Shown here one piece after another: positions 39,296 through 51,500 of a DNA stretch of 64,000 nt (its first letter is position 1; every line of letters begins with the position of its first letter). The notes under the pieces were generated by a model. That model saw only the letters and a list, made by a program, of their open reading frames with translations. It did not search any database and was not told the DNA's origin. This DNA is from Camelus dromedarius. Taxonomy: Eukaryota. The position numbers were made by a program, and so were the translations under genes. The DNA lies in assembly GCF_036321535.1 (NCBI RefSeq), contig NC_087437.1:110114001-110178000 (forward strand), given 5' to 3'.

Positions 39296-41874
39296 CATTT
39301 CATATGTGTTATCATTAACACATATCATTTCATATGTGTTATGCATTGTTTTTTCTGTGTCTTTGACTACGTAAGACAATCCTCTGTTTATCTTGCCTGG
39401 TGCTGTTCATAGAATTCTATGTCAAAACTTTGTGTAACTTTATAATGGTTATTTTAACAGTTGCAGTAATAATTAAAAACCAATTATTAGTTGTATATCA
39501 TGGGGCAACTGCTGTGTGAAGTAGCTTATGTGCACTATCTCACATAATCCTCAGACCAACCTTAAGATGTGATAAAATTCTCTCCATTTTACTACGTCAA
39601 AAAAGTAAGGGTATGAAGTAACTTACTCAAGGCACAAGTCTCAAAACCACATGCTTTTTTGCCTCTTTGTATAGAAATATAAATTGTTAATGTTTCTCAT
39701 AATGTCTAAACTAAATATTTGGGAAGATCAAATTTATGTTTTGGAACTTCCCTTCCTAAAAATCTTTCATTAAATGTTCTCCTGCTCCTTTTCCCTCTGT
39801 CACTTTTTTTGTGAAATTCTTACTCTCCTATATTGAATACCTAGAATTTATTCTGCATAGCTCACATTTTTGTATAATTTTTATCTATTTACAATTTTAC
39901 TCCAAATTCTAAGAGAATTTCTGAATTTTGCACTGTACCCTGTCTCACCTCATATTACTGGCTTAGCATTGGAATGGATATTTACTTTGGGAAATTAGCT
40001 CTTTCATGACAAACAAATATTTCCTTTTTCCGTATTTTGCGATTTGCCTGTAGATCTGTTAGACATTTATAATTACATGGCTCTTAAATATTATAAAATC
40101 TAAAATGAAAAAATATGTCAAAATATTCTTTCTAACAGCACTATTTCAAAAACTGGGCTCATTCTGAGTCCTCTGATTGATCTCCTAATTTTGAATAGCT
40201 GGTTATTTTCCTGTAGTTCTATTCTTAAAAAGATTGTCCCAAGCAAACCCAGTAGTGAGACTAAAGATTTATTCTACTAAAATTTATGCATGTTCATATG
40301 TAAAGCTCTCATACAGAGACAACTTTAAAGAAAGATATTTAGATTTTTTTGGTTTCAGTTTGCCTAATTAGGAGTATCCATTATTCTTGAGGGAGACATC
40401 AGTTTATCAGAAAGAGCTCACTGTTTATAACACCATATAAAAGACTTTGTGTATGTATTTTACTCACTTCCCTTTCATCTTCTCCATAGGTGATCTTTTC
40501 TTTATTCTACAAGGAAGCTTAAGCTACTATTTTTTTCTTTCATCCAACCTTTTTGTAGGTACGTCAGCAAGCAACATTTTAAGATTCTTGTAGGAGATAC
40601 TAGTTGGTGCCTCAGCCATATTCCTCTGTGTTAATCATTTCAGTCATGGTGGTGTTCCCCTACTGCAAGTCCTTAAGACATTGTGAATGAGGGTTTTCTC
40701 CCTGAAAGTAGCAAGATTTGATGGTCCTGGAAGTGCACCTCCCCAGCTCTCAGTAGAAGAGCAGCAGGTGTACACACACACACACAGAAACACACACACA
40801 CAAGCACAAGAAGTACCCACAAATATTCATACAGCACACATACATTCACACAAATAAATGATGTAAATAAAGGAATGCACATTTAGAACTATGCTTCTAA
40901 AGGAAAGATAAAATTAGAGTAGTTTTCTAAAGGAAAATTCATGGTGACTATGTGCAGACAAAGAGTAGTACTCATTTTATCCTTAGCTACTACACTCTAC
41001 TGATTGCTAGGGGTTGATTTTTCTTGGAACATAAAATTTCAGAGTGTTATTTGACTTAACATTTAAATTCAACTATAACCTTCATTGCAGTAATCATTAT
41101 CATCATCACCATCATCATCTGTATTTTTATATCTTTCACATTATGGGATACATTACCAAGAGCATGTTTGGTAGGCAAAATCTAGCAGGTTCCATGAAAG
41201 ATGTCTCTGCCAGTATTATTGTTTTAAATAAAGAAATGCCACAGTCACCTTTCAGCCAGATCACAAAGGATACAAATATGTAAATTTTGAAAAAATTATT
41301 TCATGAAAAGGTGATTTCATAAATCAAAATCTCATCATTCTATTTATTTCTAAATGTGGATTCAGGGTATAAACTTGAAACCATGGGGGAAAACATGTCA
41401 TATTATAAAGATGGAATGGTAAAAATTTACAAAATATAAATGTAAATGAGAAAGAAAAGTCCCGTTTTTTCAGGGCTGGTGTTCCAGATTATCAAACTAT
41501 TTGCTTTTTTTGTCAAAAGCTTCATGAAGCTGAGTGATAACTATATGGCTTTTAGTAGTAAACCATCTCTCATGAGAAAAAAAGAAAAAATCCTATAGAA
41601 AAATAATAGATTTGGAGAGAAGGTAATAGAAGGAAAAGTTCAAAGTTAGGATTGAATACTATAATCTGTTGAATGTCAATAAAAAGAAGGTAAATTTATT
41701 GTTTGTCTGGAGCAGCTCAGAATTTGTCAATAAAAATGCTATTTATTGACATAAAGATTAATTACAGAAGGATAATTTAAAGATCTCATGAATAAGGCTT
41801 TCAGGATGAGACAATTGATTCTCTTAATGGCCCACAGACTGGTTCAGATATGCTAAAACAAAGCATTATTTCCT

Positions 41875-41990
41875 CATTGCCTTTGAAGCTATGATTAAAC
41901 CTGTGTCAACAAATTACTCACATCAGTCCGGAAAATCAGCCCATGACATGACCACATGTGGATTCCACTCACACTGAGGACATATAAAAG
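41875..41990 (+). promoter_or_regulatory. KRTAP6 copy 4 proximal promoter (type P3) with LEF1/TCF-type site
   Basis: CTTTGAAG at 41881-41888, CACATGTG at ~41953 and TATAAAA at 41983. Confidence 0.6.
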
Positions 41991-42078
41991 GCCCTCTGCA
42001 GGGAGACATGTCCACCCTGAAGTGACACTTCTACTCTCCTTCTCTACCCAAGGACAACCTCAATCCAACACCAACACC

Positions 42079-42294
42079 ATGTGCGGCTACTACGGAAACT
42101 ACTATGGGGGCCGTGGCTATGGCTGCTGTGGCTACGAAGGCTTGGGCTGCGGCTATGGGTCCTGCTATGGCTGTGGCTTCCGCAGACTAGGCTGTGGCTA
42201 TGGGTGTGGCTATGGCTTTGGCTCCCGCTCTCTCTGTGGCTGTGGCTATGGGTGTGGCTCTGGCTATGGCTCTGGCTTTGGCTACTACTATTGA
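42079..42294 (+). CDS. KRTAP6: Keratin-associated protein 6 family, copy 4, 71 aa
   Basis: [71 protein letters not shown]. The start is taken as the ACCATG downstream of TATAAAA (41983). AATAAA at 42579. Confidence 0.95.
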   Translation: MCGYYGNYYGGRGYGCCGYEGLGCGYGSCYGCGFRRLGCGYGCGYGFGSRSLCGCGYGCGSGYGSGFGYYY

Positions 42295-45200
42295 GGACAC
42301 CATGGAAGACTCTCATCCTCTCCATCTGGACCTCAGGATTCCCCATTCTAAACCTCTCATGTTCTGTGCCTCTCTCTTGGGTGATGATTACCCTCATCGT
42401 GGAAGTCTAGTATGGTCTGTTGTTGACCTACTAATGAACCTACAAATTTCCTGAATTTACCTCATGAAGTGGGAGATGGCGAAATTCACCTGTGGCCTCA
42501 GAGTTCTGCTTTCATCAGGGTGATGGTGTCAAGCAACTGCCTTGACTTTCACGTTGGAGCTTGTCTCTCTGTTGACCTAATAAACTTCTTCAATCTAAAC
42601 AGAAAAACTGGTTTTATGGCAGTTATTTGATGTCCAACATCACTTACAAACAGTGTTTTGGCAGAATTTCGTTCCTTGTGGTTGTATAACTGAGGGCGTC
42701 AGCATTGACTGTTGGCAGGATGCCTCTGCAGGCTGCCTGCTGGAGGCCACTCTCAGCTCCAGGAGGCGGCCTGTAGTTCCTTGCCATGTTGGTTCTCAAA
42801 TACAGTTGTTTGCTTTCTCCAAGCCAGGAAGGGAGGGAAAGCTACTACAGCAAGATGGGAGCTACAATCCTATATAATTTTGTGTAACAGAATCACATAC
42901 ACACAATCACATGTATTTTATTACTTTTGTCATATTCTGTTTTAGAAGTGAATAGAAACTCTTGTCCACACTCAAGACAAGGGCATTACTAGGGCATTGA
43001 TATCAAGAGGCAGAAATCATGAAGGCACCTTAATAATTTGCCCACCACATGTATTGATAGCAATACAAGTTACGCTCATTTGCAGTGCTGGGGAACCATT
43101 TATAGAACATCAAATTATTCTACATCTGAAGATTTGGTAGAATTTCCCTGAGAAATTATCTGCATCTGAAATATTTTGTATGATATTTCTGTAATGGCTT
43201 TTTGTTGTTGTTGTTTCTTCTAAGGAATCAGTCTCTTTATAAATTCTCAGTGTAATTGTGTGAAGTTTGGTAATCTGATTCCTTTAGGAAATCATCTGTT
43301 GCATCTAGCTTTTCAAATTTATATCCTTAAAGATCTGCAAATTGATTCATATCATTTTTAAAACTTCTTGTTTCCATGTTTATTCTACTTTTGTTATTTC
43401 TTATTTTGTTAATGCTTCCTTTTCTTTTTTTCTCATGATCAAATTAGCAAGATTTAAAATGCTAAATTTTTCAAATAGTAGCATTTTGAATCATTTAAAA
43501 AGTCTATTACTTTTTTCTCTTCTAATTTATTAATTTATGCTTCTCTGTTTATTACTTTGCAAATTCTTTGGTTTCCACTTCACTTTTCTTTATGAAAATT
43601 TTTTTAACCTGGGATATTAACTTATTTATGTTATTTCTTTCATTTTTATTAACAGAAGTATTCAGTGCTATGAATTTTGCACTAATTACTGCTTGAAGTT
43701 TTCTTGTAGATTCTGTTAAGTACTATTATTATTACCACTATTTATTTGAAAATCTATAATCTCATATTATATGTTCTCTTTCAGATGAGAGTTCTTTAAT
43801 CAAAGATTTAATCTCCAGGTGAACAGGATTTTTTATCTTTAGTTTTTGTTAACAATTTTTAGCTTTAAAGCATAACAATCAGAAAATGTTTTCAGCAGTA
43901 TTAATTGTAAACCCTACCAATAATGTGTTTGTGACCTAATATATGATCAATTTTTTATGTATTTTCTATGAAAGGTTGAGAAGTTTGTTCTCTACTACCT
44001 GTATAGACGTGAATATACATCCCTGAAAACTAATTATACTAATTAATTACATTTTTAGGTCTTCCCTCTTTTTACTTATTTTTTTTCTTTTTGATATGTT
44101 TGTTCTGAGTGATATATTAAATTTGTCCATTATTACTACTGTGTTTCTATCTAATTTTCCTTGATAGATAGAGCTATATGTATGTGTTCTTCATAAAAAT
44201 GGGGTCTGTTTTTAGTAAATAAATAAAATACTCAGAAGTGTAATATATCTATTGCTAGATATTGCTTTGGAGAAAAATATTGGGGGTTAAATTACTAGGC
44301 TACTGCCATTTACTTCCATTACCCATGTTTATGCTGTATGAACATTTAATAGAATTTACCAGTAAATATTTCTGAGCCCAGATTTTTCATTTTGCAAAGG
44401 TAATTTTAATTATAAATTCACTTTCTTTACCAGTTATGGTACTATTCTGATCTATTTGAATTCCTGCTGATAATTTTTATATTTAAAAGAAACTTTTCAT
44501 TTCATTTATGTTGTGAAATTTATAGGCAAAACATTCTTCAAAAGATCCACTTATTTTGGAGCCAGTTGAATCGAAAAGGTGTTGCTTCTTTCATTTTTCA
44601 GATTGATAATTTGTATTCTCTATTCTCGATTCTTTATCAGTTTTTCTAGGTTTTATCAATTTTATCTGACCAAAGTGCCTTCTGTGAGTATTGCTGATTT
44701 TCCTATCATTTATTCTTTTTCTATTGAATTGATTCTACTCATGTCTTTATTTTTCCTTCATCCTTCTTACATTATGTTTAAATTTCTCTTCTTTATAGAT
44801 TTTTAACAAATCTTAGAGCATTGATTTTTTAAATGTCCTTTTTATCTAACATAATTAAAGGTACAAATTTTCCTCTAATCACTTCTGCATTGGTAAATCT
44901 ACATTTGTTATGTTGCATTTCATTATTAATCACTTTAAGATAGTTTTCAATGCCCCATATGATTTCTTTTTTATTTCACGTGTTATTTAGAGGGAGTTAT
45001 GTCCAAATTCAAGAAGTCTCTGTCCTTTTGTAATTAACATTCTCCTATCCCATCCAGGGATATCCTGACAGTGAGGGAGACAGGTGGGAAATCTCGCCAT
45101 GTCAGTCCTCCACCAAAAAGACATGGACCATTGAAATTCTTTCTGTACTTTCAGGAGCCATGACAGGGAGCAGTGGGACAACCAGTGGTCAGGATCAACC

Positions 45201-47213
45201 AAACAGACCAAAAGAACACTGCAACAACTCTGAAAATTATGAGTCATAGCTCACAATGCCCATATGCTAAATCTAAATGAGGTGACTTACTGTTTTTTTT
45301 AAAAGATTTAAATAGAATCAAGATGCCTTGAACACACAAAATTACTTTCATATCATCATATCACCAAATAAGAAAATTATAACAGAATGAGAAAGACAGT
45401 CAACTGCAGTTAACACAAAGTTAATCAAATATTCAAATTATCTGACAAAGATTTTAGACTAGCCATCCGAAAAATATTTCATTAATCAAATTTTCTTAAA
45501 AAATATATTTGTTTGCAATCAGTAACCATTAGAAAGCTAGAGTGGATATAATAATACTAGATTAAATAAACATAGAAACAAAATATTTTAACAGAGAGGG
45601 AAGAATATATTGTAATGATAAATATGGCAATCTATCAGGAAGTTACAATGATTTTAAATTCCTATATACCTAAAAACAGAGCTCCATTACACAATAATCA
45701 AAAAATTGACAGAATGAAAAGGGAAAGAGATTGCAATAATAATAGTTGGAGGTTTCAATATCCCCCTTTGAATAACGGATAGAACAACTATACAGAAAAT
45801 TCTAATATAAATAGTTGAAGAACTCTATAAAGCAGCTGGACCTGGCACTCCTCTAGTGAACACCCAGCAAAAAGAGAGCACAAATTTCTCTCAAGTGCAC
45901 GTGTAGAACGTTCTCCAAGATAGACCATATGCTAGGTCAGAAAGAACAAAGTAATTTTTAAAAGTTGAAATCACACCTAGTCCACGTATAGTCTGCCTTA
46001 AGCTGATGAGGGAAGACATGTCTACATAATTATTCCCCATTGATGGTTCCAGAAAACATGCATTTGACCTCACTCATACTCTGATTCTTTTTCAGAAAAT
46101 AATTGTGTATGGACTTGCTTTGAGTCTTAGGTCCCATTAATTCTAACATTACTTACTAAAAAATAATAGATATTGAGGTGTATTTTATCACTGTTGACAG
46201 TATTACTAATACTTAATAATAGTAAATGGACTGAAGTAAGTAAAGTTACTATGAACAGCTTTATTGAACATTACTCAGACTACCAGAATCAGGGACACAA
46301 TTTGCAGTCTATATTCTGGGTCAGATTTATGCTAGCACGATTTTAGTCGACGAAAGCCACTGCCTTGTTATGAAGCATAATAGATCTCTTTCCAAAAGGC
46401 AAGTGAAGACTGACTCTTGAAAATTTCACTGAAAATGGCCTTGATTCTACTGCTTCCTGTGACAATGAGAGAATGAAAGAAAGCCCTCTGTGCAGCTACA
46501 GTGCATAAGATGAGTTCAAGTACTTATTATCAAGGAGGAAAGGAACAGGCAGTAATATAAAACTGAGAAGGAAAAGTTACATCCTTCCAGAGCGTATTCA
46601 AATACTAAGTATCAGGAAAGGATGATATATTTAAAAAAACAGCATTAAGTGGTGAAAAGAGCTACCATCTTCCTGATCTCTTTAGTCAAACTTTGACTGT
46701 TTCAAAGATAAAGATTTGATGAAATCAAGGCAGACAACAGTAGATCTTGGATATGTTCACAAAAAACACATAATAGAAAAGCACTAGTTAAATATAACTT
46801 TTCATCCACACATATAAATTGTCAACTATAGAGAGTGAAATATCCAGCCATCTCACACACAACTCACAAACACACATACACATACAATCACAAGAAATCT
46901 ACATAAATAAATATGCATGAAATTATTATACATGTGAAAAACAGAATAACTTTAATGAAAAATCAATTTTGACATTTTCCCAAAATGTAAATGGTTAAGA
47001 TTGTATTCAGTTAGTAACATAGATCAAATGAATATTTTTCTAAATGGTTGGACACTCAGGCAATTCTGTCAAAAAAGGTCTGCTGTTGCATGGTACTCTA
47101 AGCTTCAGTAGTCATTACTGAACAGACAAGAACATCCTTATTACAATTAGTGCAGGAGGTACCCATGGTGCCTCATCAGAGAACATCCTGAACAGATGAG
47201 CATCTAGAACTTC

Positions 47214-47360
47214 TCAGTAGAAGCCAGAAGACCAGTATCTTCCATAGCAGCATGGGCGGTAGCAGGCATAGCCATAGCCACCGTAGCCACGTCCATAGCC
47301 ACATCCCAGGCCACCATAGCCATAGCCCAGGCCACCACAGTAGTTGTTGTAGAAGCTCAT
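47214..47360 (-). CDS. KRTAP22-1: KRTAP22-1-like, copy C, 48 aa
   Basis: Manual translation: [55 protein letters not shown] variant at 47434-47440 (minus). Missed by the ORF track. Confidence 0.9.
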   Translation of the reverse strand: MSFYNNYCGGLGYGYGGLGCGYGRGYGGYGYACYRPCCYGRYWSSGFY

Positions 47361-50300
47361 GATGTGAGAAGAAGGCTCAGTCAAAGGGCAGAGTCAGTTT
47401 CTAGAGTCTTAAATTTATAATCTGCACAGGGCCCTATATACCAACAGAGTGTTATGTGGGGCAAACCTAAATTACTGTTGGACTCATATTTTAAACTCAT
47501 TAGCATGAAGACCATCTCAGGAATTCTTCAAAACCAATATATCCAAGCCAAGACAACTCTGTTGTGTGTCACGATGCCTATCGTGAAATCATGTGCATTT
47601 AATGAGAGAGTCTTCTCCTAATTTGGTGGCTTGTTTATTCTAGATTCCAAATTTAAACTATATTCTATCTGCCATGTGTCCATATAACTCCAGTAGAGTC
47701 TACCTATTGAAAATCTTAGTTTCATTCAATAATTTCCTCCTTCTATCTGCATATATGCAGCCTTGGGAATGAATGTGTGGCTTCAAAGTACAAAAGGACA
47801 GTGGAAAATTTATGGAGAAGACAGGAATGAAGATACGTGGAATGCACAGAGATGACTTGACAAGGTTCAGTTGTAGATCTTTGAGTGATGAATTTGTTTG
47901 TTAATTTTCTGGAGCAATATTATTGACTTCGACTTACAGTGCATGTATTCATGCATCTGTGATTTGATAAATGATTAAAAACCATGATATCCTTTAGTTT
48001 ATATCCATGAACCATGATTATAGTAGAAGTAAAAGGATTTATTCTATTAGTAATTTGAGCTTAACAATCTATTTCAGAAACTGTCAAAGATTTAGTGACA
48101 TCTTGAACCTCCTGTTATAACACAATGAAATAGGCACCACTCTTCTGTATTTTGCCCAAAATGCATTACCTCAACATTGTTATGAGAAAACAGACATACT
48201 CAAACTGAGGAACATACTACAAAACTTTCGGCTCTTTGAAATTGTCAATGCCATAAAACTTAAAGACTGAGAAATTGTCACTAACTGGAGAAGCTAAAGA
48301 CAAGCAAAACCCTTGTGGGATCTTGGACTGGATCCTGGAATAGAAAAATGACCATTCGTGGAAAAAATATGAAAGTCAAATAAAGTCTCTAAATTGCTTA
48401 AGAATATTGTACAAGGCTAATTTCTAAATTTATTCTTGGTCTTGGAAGATGCTAACATAGAAATAATTGATTAAATGGTATAAGAGTATATGCTATATAT
48501 TCTTGGAACTTTTGACAATTCCAAAATTATTTCAGAATAAGAAAGTCAGAATAATTTTTAGATAATCCTTGATTGCATTGATTCAGTCACTTATTAAATT
48601 CTTTCATACATCAAAACTTTCAGAATCAATTGTATGTTCGGCAATGTTATCTGCATGGGGGATGGAGCCGTGAACAGGACAGACAAGGTTCCTATTGTCA
48701 TGAAGCTTATAATCTGAAATGTGCAAGTGCAGAAAATGCAGGCAAAGATCTGAAAGCAAATTCTCAAAGTGAATGATATAATTAATTTCTGATAGAGTTG
48801 AGTTATTTAAATATTAAATCAAGGCAAAATAAGGCAATTTTAAGAAGTATTGGTGAGAGTTTACTTCAGAAGGGATGGTCAGGGAAATTCTCTCTGAGAG
48901 ACCCAAGGGAAAAGAGGATTCTAGCCGTTGTGCTGTTACTTGCAAGGGTCACTAACTCAAATGTAGCAGCTTTAATTTGGAAACAAACTTGGCACATCTG
49001 AAGAGCAGAGAGGCCATTGACTTTTGTGTACCATAAGGAGACGAATAGTGTTACAAGACGTACTCATAGAGGTGGTCAAGGCTATAACGGGGTAAACCAT
49101 AAAGGCTGTGCTTCCTATGGTGTGCATTGTCAGACACAGCGAATACAAATACTGAACACTCAGATACATTTGATTTTCAGAGAAACATTTTTTGTACAGG
49201 TGTAGCCTATGAAATGTTTGGAAAATTGGATATTCTGAGTTTCAGTATTTTGAAATTGAAATTTAGCTGGTGTTTTGTGTAATCTAGGACCCTTAATGTG
49301 GAAAGCAATGGACTATCACTAGGAGGGTCCACCTCTGATTTATGTCTTGCATGCTTTACGATGTAGGAAAAAAGATGGGGGAAATGTTTGGGGATATGAA
49401 GAGTCACGAACTCAGTTTCATTTTGTAAAATTTTTGATGAAAATTAACAATCTAAGAGGATGTCAAGTTATCATTTGGGTAAATATCAGACTTTGTTTTG
49501 CACAAAATAATATATTTTATGGCTACTTTAATCAAATACTAACCCCTGAAAAGAAACCCAAGTCAGTTATAGTCCTTTATATACTGAGTGAGGCAAATTA
49601 GTCACACCAATTTCAGGTGATATTTTAAGAACATAAATAATCTTGAGGAAGATGGATCATCATGTTATTGAGTGATTTTTCTTTTTTTACTGGAAACTTA
49701 TTCTAAGTTATCACTTGATTGACTTGATTTTGTGATAGTTGAGGCTACCTTTATTTTCTGTATGGGAAATTTGAAAATGATAGAGTGATGATTTGTAGTT
49801 CTAATAATGAAATTTTAATGAAAATGATTTACAGGATTTTTTGTAATTCTAATATTTGAATTCAGCAAATGGTGAATAAAAGTCACAAGACTGTATCTAT
49901 TGTACAAAAAAAACAAAAAACCCTACCGAATTACACACATGGAAAAATCATTCAAAGACACATACTGAATGAACAGATGAATGTGTTTGGTCAGATCCTC
50001 AGTATGAAAACATTCTGCTTTACTAAGAAGGATGTTTTGAGTTATTAGATATACTTCTCAGGAGAGATGAACTGGAAAATTTTAAAAGTCTTGTAGCTTC
50101 ATTCTTTTGATCTCCAGAGGAGAATTGGCTAAAATATAGGGGGTGTCCTACATCTGCTATTCTCTGTCCCTTTCTAAGGTTACAAGAAGATGTAAAGATA
50201 ACATTTTGACTCAGAAATATCAATAGTATAACAGAAACCTACTGATAGATTACGCATGTATTTGTGGATACTGCCACCTCACCACATACATTCTCTTAAA

Positions 50301-51332
50301 GACACAAAGTACATTTTAACTAATATGAACTAGTCTCACTTTTCTGGTGCCTCACAATGGGAGGGGTTATAACACAAATTTGAAAAAAGACAGGAATAAT
50401 GCTAGGACTATGCAAGAGAACTCACTGTAGGACTATGGAACAGCACTCAGTGTGACTGGTACAATGTGAGTCATGACTGAACATACTGATTAAAACACAG
50501 ACCCCTGTTTAGTACGTTGATAAATGTAGATATGTGATGTTACCCTATTGGCCATTTAGAATATAGTTCTAATATTAATGTGAAAACTAACTAATTTGCA
50601 TGAAGGTATACTCAATTTAGAAAAACAAGTGGAAAGTGGAGAAACTGGATTTCAAAGACTCACTTCTGTTTTGCCGTCCACCAGCAGAAATTGAACAATA
50701 AGTGTTTGGACTCATCAGCATAAGTAAAAAAGTACAATACATCTTGCTCACACTGGTTTTTTGGGGGAAATTTTAATTAGTTGGATTATTATCAACATCA
50801 TGATGATGAGACATACACTATGGTGTCAATATCAAAACGTAATTGAATCCTTGAAGGAGGTACTCAGTTTGGATCAAAAAGAAAATTCCACAACTCAGAA
50901 GGACTATTAGTCTGATGAAGAAAAATTTAATGAAACTTGGGCCAAGAGCAAATAAGAGTATGGTTAAAAAATGTCATCTCTGTGATATAAAGAATGGTTC
51001 CAGGAAGTTAAAATGAATGTGTAATTTTGGGCCTGAATGCATAGATGTGAGTGGGTAGCTCCTTTATTCAAACCTCAATGGCATAAGAGGAGACCAAACT
51101 GAGAAACCAAGACAGCAAGCTCCCTGAATTTCTCTGAAGCTTTATCTTATGGTTTAGGAACAACAAACTAATTAGATTAGTCATAAAGTTTGGCAACGTC
51201 ATGAAGGTGTGGTGGGTCACACCCACACTGAGGACATATAAAAGGCCCTCTGCAGGGAGACATGTCCACCCTGAAGTGACACTTCTACTCTCCATCTCTA
51301 CCCAAGGACAACCTCAACCCAACACCAACACC

Positions 51333-51500
51333 ATGTGTGGCTCCTACGGAAACTACTATGCGGGCCGTGGCTATGGCTGCTGTGGCTACAGAGGCCTGGG
51401 CTGCGGCTATGGGTCCTGCTATGGCTGTGGCTTCCGCAGACTGGGCTGTGGCTATGGGTGTGGCTCTGGCTATGGCTCTGGCTTTGGCTACTACTATTGA
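51333..51500 (+). CDS. KRTAP6: Keratin-associated protein 6 family, copy 5, 55 aa
   Basis: [62 protein letters not shown] at 51237 and AATAAA at 51781. Confidence 0.95.
   Translation: MCGSYGNYYAGRGYGCCGYRGLGCGYGSCYGCGFRRLGCGYGCGSGYGSGFGYYY

Larger units (their letters stand above)
42295..51500 (+). repeat. Segmental duplication unit 3
   Basis: Colinear with unit 4 along its whole length, and with unit 2. Confidence 0.9.

Noticed and set aside
42653..42945. Similar 60-117 aa ORFs recurring in each unit (15584-16062, 25065-25555, 42653-42945, 51855-52177)
   Set aside because: They lie in the duplicated MaLR LTR, and frames and stops differ between copies. The similarity reflects duplication, not coding constraint.
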